DNA of 64,000 nt from the NCBI RefSeq assembly GCF_009914755.1, contig NC_060937.1; one strand, given 5' to 3'. Below are positions 51,658-64,000 of this stretch, piece after piece. Source of the DNA: the human T2T-CHM13v2.0 reference genome, Homo sapiens. The notes beneath the pieces were generated by a model, which was not told where the DNA came from, searched no databases, and worked only from the letters and a program-made list of their open reading frames with translations. Made by a program: the position numbers and the translations under genes. Within the stretch, counting starts at the first letter, position 1, and the number at the start of each line of letters is the position of its first letter.

Positions 51658-53649
51658 AAGCTGTAAGAGACATGTATTCTACGATTTTATTGTGGACTCG
51701 CAAGTGAAAAAAACATAAGGTTATTCCAGGAAGTAATGTATAAAGCAACTACATTATAAATGTATAAAAATAAAAATGTCTAAAGTATTAGCTAGCTGCT
51801 TTCATTATAATATCACATTAACAATTAGTTGTGATTATTGCCTCCTCTATGGTACAGTTTGTCATGAATCCAGTACTACTTTACAATTTAATATTCCCTT
51901 AAAATAGCCATTTTTCAAGGAGTGAACATCAGATGCGCAAATGATAAAACATAGATGTACACAAACATAGCAAGCAAATCAGTGTTCGAAGTTAAGGGAA
52001 TCTCTAGGGTAAATTTAAGTGATTCAATATGCCCATAGTACAGGTTGTTAATCAGCCACAGACAATACTTCAGACAGATTCAACTCTCTGTGTATTCATT
52101 TAGAAAGATTGATGTAGATTTCTGTAAGCAAAGAAAAATAATTATGAACTCATAAAATTTCCCCAAAACAGTTAAAAATAACTTTGGCAACAACACTCTG
52201 AAATGATTTTATATATATTTTACATTTAACAATTTTTATTTACCATAAATGCACAGTATTTAAATATTATGACCACGTCTTTCCACAAAGTGTTTAAAAA
52301 ATATATTAGATTAAATAGTTCAATAAATAAATAATAATATATACAAAAATAAATTATCATCTCTTGTCTTTCAAAAACTCATCTTTGGTTTATGATACAG
52401 ACATGATATATACCTCAATTAAAGAAGGAAATTCAATTTGTCATAGCAACTTTTCTGTCTATAGATCTGTGAATAAAACATCAAGCAGTAAAAGCTACAT
52501 TATTAATTAAACTATACTTTCATTTTACTTTCCTTTCTAGAAATATCTCTTAGCCCAATTATCAACAAGTGATAAATATAAATCATATATCTCTGCAAGT
52601 TTCTGCCAATGCTAAATCTTATTTATTGGCTTTAAAGAATATATATTTTTGTTTGACTATACCTATGTGATATTTCATTAAATAACCAATTTTAAAACAA
52701 CAAGAACAAAATACTTGGAGGAAAAACCAATGTGTAGAGTGAGCGCATTTTAGAAAATATTTTTAAATTGATTATTTAGTACATTCTGCATCAAACATAG
52801 TTAATAATGGAATCTGTATATCCACAGTCAAGTTAGAAGAAATAAAATTTGAATTTTCTGCAAAATATTTAAAACTGTGTAAATTAATTTACTAAAACAA
52901 ATGTAATTAAATTAGCTCTCACATTTAACAAAAAATACTATTTTAAAGTATTTTTCAATTTAAACATCTAGTTTCAAACAACACAGTTACAATTATGATA
53001 CTATTGATACCCATGTAATCATTGTTTTATTTCTTAAACTTAGACGTTAGGCATTATTATAATTTATTCTTTATTTTCTACCTGAAAGGATATGTTTTTC
53101 CATATAAGAAAAATCTTACTGTATAGCTATTATTTAAAAATTGTTTAATAATAAATGCCAACTTCATATTTTTTTGGAACATTCTTATTGGTGAGATCCA
53201 GAATACACTTCATTTAGTATGTGGAAATTACACTTTTTTCCATTTGGTACAATTTAGCAAAGCATGAGCAAAAATGATTAAATATATATCCAATTCTCAA
53301 TTATTCACACTAATGGAGGGGAAAAAAGGTATAGGAGGCATTAAGACAAAGAAAAAGTCCTAACTCATTTTTAGCTTTAAAGTATAATTCATCACATCCA
53401 TACCTTTCTGTAGCAGTTCACATTTAATATCTTTCTGTGGTAAAGTCCTGTTCATCTAAGCTTTAACATCAAGAGTTCAGATAACCTGACCAGAGACTCT
53501 TTTGAAATGTCAGGGGTGCAAAAAATAATTGAGAAAACTCACATGTTACTAAAGGTAAACTGGAATTAGATCAACACAATCCACACTATTTATAAATGTT
53601 CTTATTTTTGATTTAATGCATATGTAACCCTCCTTGGTAGTTATATTTA

Positions 53650-54270
53650 TATTCATTCCTTTATCAAGTATTTACTAGATGCTTATTACCTTCTGGGCAA
53701 CTTTTCTTGTGCTGAAAATGTATCCTTGAAGTAAACATAGTTCCTGTTTTCATAGACATTACATTCTTTTACTGGGAATCAGACAATAAGCAACCAAAAA
53801 AACAGATATATGCCAGTGGAGGTAAATGTTAAGAAAAATAAGAATGATGAGAATGCCATTTTAGACAGCATTATCATAAAATATCTATTTATTATATATA
53901 ATTTCAGTGGAGACACAAATAAAATGGAAAGTGATCCAAGAAAATGGCTGAAGAAAATACTGAATGCAGAGGGAGCCACAAATGCAAAGGCCCTGTGGTG
54001 GGCTCAGCTTCTCATGTTTCAGGAATAGCAAAAGACGACATGGTATCTGAAGGTGAGTGAGGGAAGCAGATTATGTAGGGCACTGTGGGCTCTGGGTTTT
54101 AGTCTGAATGATATAGGAAGCAACTGGAGGATTTCGAACAAAAGTGATGTGCTCTGTCTTATATCTTAACAGAATCTGTCATGTGGACTTTAAACTATAG
54201 GAAGAAAAGTATAGATGTGTGGTAACAACTTACAGTGCTGTAAAAACTAAGATGGTGGTGGCAAGAACTA
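53650..54270 (-). mobile_element. L2 relic
   Basis: 'attcattcctttatcaagtatttactagatgctta...aatgcaaaggccctgtggtggg...ggaagcaactggaggatttcgaac'. Confidence 0.65.
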
Positions 54271-54739
54271 TTTTGATTATGAATTTACTATCAGTTGCAT
54301 TATTCTTATTTTTTTAGAATCTATAAACTTATTTTTAGACATTTTTGTCCACATTCTTGAGTAATGGCTATACTTTCCATTGTTTCATTAAAAAATTACA
54401 TAACAAGGTTGATGATCACCTCATTCACTTTTCACTTTAACATCCCTTTTCGACTCTTATTAAAATTACTCTTCCTAAGACCTCATAACCAATTCTGGTA
54501 AACACAATTTAAACTGAACCTATGTAACTATTTTTTTTCCTAACTTATTAGCCCTTTGGTTTTATCTTGACTTCCACAGAGATTTATTTTAGAAAGTGTG
54601 AAGTGTATTTAGATCTGTTAAGCAACCCGAATTCTTTTTTTTCCGTAGTAGAAATATCATTTCTCCCATTGTGCCATGAACTTTCTCATTTCAATACTTT
54701 TGCCTTATGGCAACTCAACTTTTAATGCTTTCTCACTCT

Positions 54740-54986
54740 TCTTTACCTTCTGACCCCAGGTCAAATATCACTTAATCAGGAAAGCGCTCCTGGACCTGTA
54801 GGAGCAGATACTGTGTTATATATTTTAATTCAGGGCAATGACCATACCTGTAATTTTACATGGTAACTGTGCCAACTTGATTTATACCTATCTCTTCCAA
54901 TTATATTGGTGCTCATGACAGAATGAAACCCCAGCCCTAGACATGTCACAAATAGGAGCTCTAAAGATATTTGTTAATAAATGATT
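54740..54986 (+). mobile_element. L2 3' end relic
   Basis: 'tcaaatatcactt...aaataggagctctaaagatatttgttaataaatga'. Confidence 0.55.
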
Positions 54987-55562
54987 CGAAAATAACATCA
55001 AACTCATTTTCATTTGGAATTCCATTTCGTGTTCTGAATTCTTGTTGCCAGTAGTATGCATATTTTCTTTTTTATTCACTAACAATTTGAAGAAATACAT
55101 TACATTCTGATTTTATTTCTACTAATGCTTCTGTTTGTGTTTTAAAATAGTCTTTCATCTATCTATCTTTCCAAAATGTCTTCTTTTGTTAAGCTTCCTA
55201 ATCTCTGTAACCTAACAGATTGAGATTTCTCTCACGCTCTACTCACTTTTTTGTGCTTGTCAATGTTATAACCATCGTTTTAGTTGAATTACAGATTTAT
55301 TGATACTTCTCTTTAAAACTTATATTTTATTATGCATTTCTGTTGCAATCATAATTTAGGATATTTGCCATGGTTTTGTAATCATATTTATAATAATTAT
55401 TTATTCATAGACATATTTACAAGGCTCACAGTGGACTCTTTTATACTGCAATTTTCTTATTTTTTTGAGCTCATTCTTTTTTAAGAAATTTTATCTTGAT
55501 TTCTGAAGGTAAGACATGTTTTTCAGGAGGAATTTGAGTACTTTTCAACAACTTGTAGTTTA

Positions 55563-55645
55563 GTAGAGTTGGCAGATAAAATGCAGGACACCCAGTTACA
55601 TTGAACGTCAGATAAGGAACAGATAATTGTTTAGTAAAAGTGTTT
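55563..55645. mobile_element. MER53-like hAT fragment
   Basis: 'tagagttggcagataaaatgcaggacacccagttacattgaa'. Confidence 0.55.
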
Positions 55646-58600
55646 GTATTTATTTGCATGCCCTATACACAAACAGTAGGTAAGTAGATGCCGTTCTCGA
55701 ATGCCATGCTAAATGTAGTAATCAATATTCTTTAACACAAACAAACAACAAAAAAACATTTTCCATAAAACTCTTGGCAATTGCTTTGTGGCATTTTTAA
55801 AGTAGGAAAGTATTTTGCGGTAGCCTTAATTTCTTCCTTATTTAGAACACTTACTTTCAGACTTAAATTCTGATTTAAGAATGAGAATTTTTATAAATTA
55901 TATGTGTCAATTAATTTTAAAATTAAATTTAAAATTATGGTTCCATTTTGGAATGTTAATTCATTTTCAAAATTATTTTTTTTTCACAGAAAGTCACGCA
56001 ACTTAGACTTCTTTCAGCAACTTTGACTTTTGCTTCTGTTCAATTTTCTATGAACACAATTATAATTGTTTCTGTTACAGCCTTCATATTTGTCATCTTT
56101 CTGATTATTATTCTCATGTACATTTTTCTCTAAATTAGGTCAAACTTTTCAACCTTGTCTTGTACATTACTTGTTATAATAGCAGATCAATATTTACAAT
56201 ACTGTTTTTTCCTGTACTATTTCTAATTCTATTTTAAATTATTCTATTATGTATTCTTATATTATCATCTTTCTCAGCTAAATATTCAATCTTACTTATT
56301 TTTCTTACATTATCTTTATATTTTGCTTAATAAAGTCAATATATATTTGAAAAATATTTTTAATACAGAGCAGATGCCATGTAAACTGTATTTTTTCTCC
56401 CTGATGTAAATCTTCCCTCCATCTCAGAACTATGCTCTTACCTTCCCCCTAGAAGAAAAAGACGTTAATTTTTGTAATTTATAAAATGATTTAATGTTTA
56501 TCATTGTGGTCATTCTATACATAGTCATCTGTGAATAAGAAGAGATCTATTAATGCATTGCCTTTTTCCCTCAATAATTTTGCTGTTCTTCTGAATGCAG
56601 TTAAAATTCCTCTTTCTTATTTAACCTGCTATATTTGCTGATATCAGACAACATTAAAAATGCCTTTATTCAGCAGTTCAGTTCATCAACAGTAATAGGA
56701 CAGTTACCTGGACTCTGTCAGTGAAACCTACCATAAAATCCAGTTCTAAGGTGTGGGTGGTATGGTATTATTAAGGGTATTTTTCCTCCCAATCTATGCA
56801 CTTTGGAAATGTAGTGTTTAAATGATGATGACAATTTCTGAGGTATATTTGGTTTAGGTATACCTCAATCTAGGACTTTAAATGATATTATCTACACTTT
56901 CTCCCTCCTTTCATCTCCTGATATTTTTCAATCCCCCCTTATTTCTGCTTCCCTTTGTGTGGTGGGCACGTTTTCTCCTATTGTGTTGGAGTATCTTCCA
57001 CATGTCAGGATTGAGGTGCACTGTCAACCTCAGCATAATAGAGAGCTGCTTTCTTCAAAAAGTAATAAATCGATAAAAAAATTAAGAAAACTTAATAACC
57101 ATGTTAGATTTATTCTGAGCAACTTTGAAAAAAATATTATCAGAGTGGGCTTCTGTTATTGTTAAAGACATCATATATATGTAGCCATAGCCCATGTAGG
57201 TAGGTTATTGCTATTGCCTTCTTCTACTTCCTTCCTTAGATCACATGGATTAAAAATTTTAAAATACTGTGCAGAAAATAAATATTTATGTACTCTACAT
57301 TTTACACTTAATCTTCTCAGTCTTCATATATATGTGTAAGCACACAAACACACACACACCTTTATTAGCATACATGTAGTTCTAAGAATTTAGAAATCTA
57401 AAACAATACTACTGTTCCCCAAAGGCAAACAGAACAAATTATTGAACGTTTCCGCACTCAAGTTCCAAATCTAGAATATTGGGGTGCTATATAGACCCAA
57501 TTAGTCAGACTCTTTGCAACTTCTGATTTTGTCATCTATGTTCCAATAATATAGTCAACAAACAGCGTTCTTTCTAAATGCAAGATATTTAATTCTTAGG
57601 GAGAAACGGGTATAATAGCAATAAAAATGCCTATTTCAAAATCAGAGAAAAGGAAGAATGTTAGCAATTAGAGCTGTTCACCAAGACATCGTGAACTCCC
57701 TTCTTGCATTAAAAAAAAAAAAAGAATTATACTTCACTGTCCTCTTAAATCTAGGCATAATGATGTGGACTTCTTTAAACAATGTATTATAATTTGGAAC
57801 CAGGTATGTGACTTCCGGACAAAAGCATTTCCTGGCCACTGTGACATTCTCAGTCCATGGTGATAGTGAGTGTGTACCTACATGATGTGAAAGTCTGAGC
57901 CAGCAATTAGAGAAGTTGCCCAAATCTTCTATGGACTTTATGGAAGTAAGAAATGAACTTTGTTAAGTGAAGCCACTGAGATTCCTAGGATGTCTGTTCC
58001 TTCACATACATAGCCTGGCCTAGCTTGAAAAAATATAGGAAACAATATAGAGTTGTCACCAGTTCACCAGTTTATATCACTCATTGTTATAGGCTTACCA
58101 CAAAATTAGAGCGAACAGCAACTTGCTCCCCTGGTAACACAGTAAATTATTGGGTCAGTCAGCATGGACAAATCTGGTTCTGCCTAACAGAATACTCACA
58201 CCAGAGGTTTCAGTACTTTTAGGGGCTGCCTTAATGGTTGTGTATTTACAGATGCTTTATAGCAGGGCTAGAAATTCTCTAGCAATAAACATCTGTAGAA
58301 TACTAGGCAAATTTTCTTTCAAATTTTAGGGCAAAAAATAAACTAGCAACCAAAACTAGGCATGTTTTTGTTCATGTTAAGTGATGGACTTTGAATGTTG
58401 TGTTTTTTGTCTCTCTTAGATGCAGGTCTCTAATCTTTGCCTAAAGCTTAACTGCTTGACTGTCAACATGGCCTGAAACTGAGATAGAGATGCATAGCTA
58501 ATCTAGTCCCTGCCGCAATATGCATCATAATGGAAGATACTTTAGCACAGACAGGGCTGAAAGATATTGAGGCATATTAGTAACTTTGTAAGGCAAGGAG

Positions 58601-59394
58601 TGAAACAGGAAATATTTTAGTGGAGTTTAGGAATTCAAGTTTCTTCCACTTCAATAAATCTTCCTAGGTGCCATTATCTCTTCCTGTTTTTCCTGCCTCC
58701 TGAATTTGAGCATTAACTATAAATTGGAAAAGTAAAATTTTTGAACTATTATCAAGGCATGAAGTTGTCTGATGGTCACCAATCTCAGATGTTGGCATTT
58801 GATTTAAAAGACTATCCAAACACTGCAAGGTTTCTTTTTCCTTTTATATATTCTAGATGAGAATTTGCCGAAATCTGAAAAGTTGCTAAATTCTTCCACG
58901 CTCCCAATAAATCCCTTAAATTCTAATCTTTGCTAGCATGTAACCTAAACTTCCTCTAATATATATACAAATACCAAAGATTCACCAGGAAAATATTGGG
59001 ACTCTGCATGTCTCCTTTCAATGGGACTAAGTGCCTGAGATTCAACCAGTGGGTGACATGCATTGATGCAAACACGTATTTTCAGGTTTTATGGATTTTC
59101 AGAAGAAGTAGAGAACTTGGTTTTCTGTAAATTCTCAAAATTTTAAATCCTTCTAGGTAATTTAATTAAAATGAAATAAACAAGTTTGTATGCCAAATTG
59201 AACATATATGTGTGTCAAATAGAATCCATGGGCTGTTAAACTGAAATCTCACAATTACCAATAAGCCCATTGAACTCTCATGAATGAGGCAATGAACAAA
59301 TGTATAAATAACTTTCTCAACCAGTTTGGCATAAAGAGCAAAGGGTGACAAGAACATCTGATCCTGTGGTCAAAAACATCATTGTATAATCAAA

Positions 59395-59580
59395 ATGCCT
59401 ACTGCTACCACTTACTTAGATGTCTAAACTTGGACAAATTACATATACCTTCATTTTCCTCATCTGTAAAATAAAGAAACAATAGTACTTCATAAAATTG
59501 TTAAAAGAGTTAAGTGATGTCATCCATGAAAAAGCTAGTAGTCCAGTGACAGGCAAAGAAATACTCAATAAATTTTTGTT
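59395..59580 (+). mobile_element. MIR relic
   Basis: 'ccacttact...cttggacaaattac...ttttcctcatctgtaaaat'. Confidence 0.7.
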
Positions 59581-60556
59581 ATAAGGTAGATGGTAAATAT
59601 TGAAGATTTTCTAAAATTACTGAATTTGGAAACTGAATTGTAGAAAGTCAAAGATAACTCCAAGATGAGCTTCAGTTTTTAATTGTACCTAAGTATTCTC
59701 CAGCTAATTAATTCAAATTTCAGGCAAATATTCCTGTCAACACCACTAAGCCTTATAATAGCCTGAAAATAGAAACTGATCTTCAGGATAGCTGGCCTTT
59801 GGAACTTTCACGGTCTATCAAACATTTTTCCTGTGTCAAAGTTCACCTGTATATTTTTATTCTAATTTTCATGTATTGAATTTTTGGTGATGAAGAGAAT
59901 TTTTTAGGTGATGAAGAGAATCCGATAATTACTAAACATTGGTAATGTATTCAGCTACAACAAAATAAATGGAACATAAGAGAAATAATTGTTGGGAGGA
60001 AGACTATAGATTTTTTATCCCTTCGTGTTGTTCAGATATACGCATTCTTTTGGATATATTTTCCTGTAATAACATTAATTTCCTGTGCATTTTTAACAAC
60101 TTTATGGAATTCCATCACTTTTAGTAAACAATCTGAACTTTAAAGGGGCACTAATGAGCTGAGTATTAAATCTGAAATTCTGACTATTCATTCAAAATGA
60201 ATTGCTCATGCTACATGTTTCTAAAAGGCAATTCCTGTCTTCAAATGACTGAACAATATTAATAGTATCTCAAAGTTTAAATCTGAAAACTACTACAACT
60301 ACACATGCAGAAAAAAAACACATTGCCATAGGAAAATATAATAACATATTAAGTTTATCTTTTTAAAATATAACATTGTAAAAATTACTACTTATTTCCT
60401 GGAACATAATTTTCTGTAATGGTTATTAGCTAAAATCTGAAACTACATTGGAATGTATATATATGAGTGTATATATAAGCAAGTAAATATTTTTCTCTCA
60501 CCTATTGACATAATTTGCATATATTTTTACTCTCAGGTTACTTTAGACTTTAGTAA

Positions 60557-61080
60557 TGTTGACCAAAAAATGAAATAATAGGCACTGGAACTTGCAGAAA
60601 TCAGATTTATTCTGAGCCAAGTATGAAGATTTAAGCCTAGAGAACACAAACTCAGTACAGACCAAGAATGTATTCCAAAGTAGATTACATGAAGCACAGT
60701 ACATATACATTTCCTAATAGGGGGAGACATACATCACCGAAGACAGGAGAAGTGGGTAGTTAAGCAAGAATTTCATTCTTATAATTCTGATTGGTGCTCA
60801 GTGATGCTATACATAAGATAAGGTAAACATGCAGTTGAGTGAGCAGGGAGAAAGTTTAGGCATATTAGGGCGGGTGGAGGGTGACTGATTGCATCCAGTC
60901 TTGTTCTATATCTAATAAACGGGTTTATAACCAGTATCTGTCAGTAAAATATTTAACTCCGGTTACTCAGGCAAGGGCTAAGCTTTAGCTAATAAGCCTA
61001 GGTTTTATTATCCATGTGCCTGACTGCAGCCATCATGGGCCATTGTTAAGATTTTCTTTTGAATTTTCCTTTTTCTAACA
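60557..61080 (-). mobile_element. ERV1-type solo LTR with 4-bp TSD
   Basis: TGTT...AACA termini flanked by GTAA at 60553-60556 and 61081-61084; 'gatttattctgagccaa' motif and CCAAT on the minus strand. Confidence 0.75.
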
Positions 61081-62474
61081 GTAATAAGGTTTACATTTTT
61101 AATTGTAAGTAGATGTTTATTATGGTGTTGTTGTAAATGTAATTTTAGGTAAAGGATAAACTGTATTTGCTATACTAATGTGTTAGATAAGATGGAATTT
61201 TAGAATTTGCACTATATTTTGTTTTGTTACAGGAGACAATGTTAATGAGATTTTCTTGAATTTTTGTATTTATAGTATCTAACAGGGGTCAAATTTAACA
61301 TGGTGCATCTTTCCCTGTGGCAGTTGACTACTAATAGGGGCATTTAAGCCTCCATTCTTCCAAATGTCATTGCAATTGATATATAATGTTCTACATCAAT
61401 ACTATTCTGCCCTAAACTAGCTAAGATTACACATGCTGGAAGAATAAGGACATTGGTATTCTGATAAACTTATTGGCTCTGTTCTCCCCACCAACATATA
61501 AATCCTGGAGCAAAAATCAGAAGAGGGAAAGGAAACGATGAAAGAAACAGTTTAGCTGTCTTACAAAAGACTGAAGAAAACTCTTGGAAGCAATGATAGA
61601 TTCCAAACCCCTTTCTACTTATGATCATTTGTCTACATTTAGAGTGCCTGGCATTATTCGATAGTGTTGTATTGTGACAAATTTCTCCCCAATAGATTCA
61701 ATTTTTATTATCCTTTTGTGTCCGCAAAGCTCCTCAAATTGTTCCCTGTTATTGACTCTTGTGTATCCCGAACTTGCAGAATATTCTCTTTTTCTGGGCC
61801 TCACTAACAAATCTATCTATAGATTTTTATACTTCATTCAAACCTTTTAAACTTCAGAACACATTGAGATTTGTCTCTTTATCATTCACCCCATACACTG
61901 ACCCTATTCAATCCTGTTAGGCGAGACATGATGGAGGACTGAATAGCCACCCCAATATTGATTCAGAAAAGAAATACAGCGACAAAAATTGATGACAAAT
62001 TCAGAATTAGATATAATAGGTAAGTTTCTAATATCCAGGAAAAAAGCTGATACTTAGATGTCAGTAGGAAGATCTAAGAATCAAAACAGGAAAATTTCAA
62101 AAAAAAAAGTAGTATAGGAAGAATATATCCATGGAGGAAACTGAAGGTTAAGAATTAAGAAAAATCATCTAGGTACCAGAACAAAGGGAAAAATATCAAA
62201 TGAATACATCAACAAAGTCTTTCTTCAGGCCATTGGATATTGTAAAAGGCTGCATAATATCTGGTATCACTGCTTATACTATTGGAGCTGTTCATCTAGG
62301 TCAACTGAAAAAAAATTGTGAGCATTAATAAGAGCTCTAATCAGAAAGTTTTCACTTTACCATACACACAGTTTCTCATTCTTTTCTCTAGGGCTTTCTA
62401 CTAGCAAATGAGAATGATCATCTTTTCTTTCTTTGTGTCTGTTGCAAAATATTTTCCCCTTTGACTATGAGTAG

Positions 62475-62846
<372 letters not shown>

Positions 62847-63049
62847 TAAAGTATATTCTTATGATTCTCTTTATTCCTCACATCTTTTCTTTGTTCCTTC
62901 ATTCCTGATTTTATTATTATTTCATATTCATTTTATGCTTGCATTCAAATCTAACACTATTTGATTTTCTTTTCAAACTGTTCTATCTTAGGCCATTCAA
63001 AGTTCATTTAGTTGTATCTTTGTTTCCTTCTTTGTCATAGTTCCACCAA

Positions 63050-64000
63050 TCTGTTTTTTTTAGCACTTCTTTATTTGATAACATTACAAGATCCCCAAGA
63101 TATATCCTCTGTATTTTTTGCCCCATCCATAGAATAATCTATTTATTCAAGTCACCCTGGTACCTTTTATTGGAGAACTGTATGAGAAAAAAAATCCTGT
63201 GACACTGGTCTGACTGTTACCATTTAGGCTTTGTGTTTCCAAACTCTCCTGGCTGACAGACAAGGAAATATATGTGAGTATACTAATTGTGTGTATGTAC
63301 ATATCTATAATTACTTATCCATTTAATGATCTGTATGTATATCAAGCTAAAAATGAGGCTATATAGATGTCACCATAACTAATCTATTACCACGTGTATC
63401 ATTCTAGCTTCCTACTCTTTTGTTTGTCTTCCATTCCAACAGTGAGAAATCTGGCTTTCAGTATCTAACATCCAATAATTTAATGGTTCAATTACAGTTT
63501 GCATACATAGAGGTATTCAAATTGCCAATCTGAATTCTATCCCTGCAGAAAATGACTTTATCAACTAGGTTATGGTATTCATGTACAGTTCATTTTGCCT
63601 TAATCTGGCTGTCTTCACTCATTCCCAAAGTTACTTAGGAAAGCACCTCTCATCTTGTTCAGAGAGAGTGTTTCATACATTTCTTACACAGGTAGATTGC
63701 TTACTCATAATGGTACCCAATCCTAGTATCTCTTCACCTCCTAAATGATTACTTCAATTTACATACATCAATATTTACTCTTTATGGTGTGAGGTTATCT
63801 TTTGTGTTGCCAAATACATTAGCGTCATGTATCAACAATTACCGTATCACAGAGAATAGTTTTACCACTTTAAAAAGCCCTCTAGACTTTACCTACTGAA
63901 ATTTCACATCATCTCCTACCCCTACCTCCTCTCTCCCCTGGAAACCACTAATCTGTTTACTATTTCTATAATGTCTTTTAAAAATGTCATATAATTGGAA
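63050..64000 (-). mobile_element. Old L1MC/MD-type 3'UTR relic
   Basis: 'ccctggtaccttttattggagaa', 'aacagtgagaaatctggct', 'cccctggaaaccactaatctg'. Confidence 0.6.

Overview
AT-rich, repeat-dense primate (very likely human) intergenic DNA with no intact protein-coding gene that I can support. The only gene-derived sequence is a full-length, intronless, minus-strand processed pseudogene of legumain at about 6681-8653 (likely LGMNP1). It has a poly(A) remnant, an approximate target-site duplication (TSD), a mutated start codon and three frameshifts. The rest is LINE-1 of several ages (one near full-length L1PA7/8-like copy with TSD), about 9 Alus, MER6 and MER44 DNA transposons, MaLR and ERV solo LTRs, MIR/L2 relics and a long (TTTC)n tract. 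The most unusual signals are structural: a near-perfect 204-bp palindrome at 36721-36924 and several locally templated insertions or inversions inside L1 copies (15788-15900, 28240-28247, 29420-29569). I found no evidence of a novel gene system. Repeat subfamily names come from recognition by eye, not from a database search.
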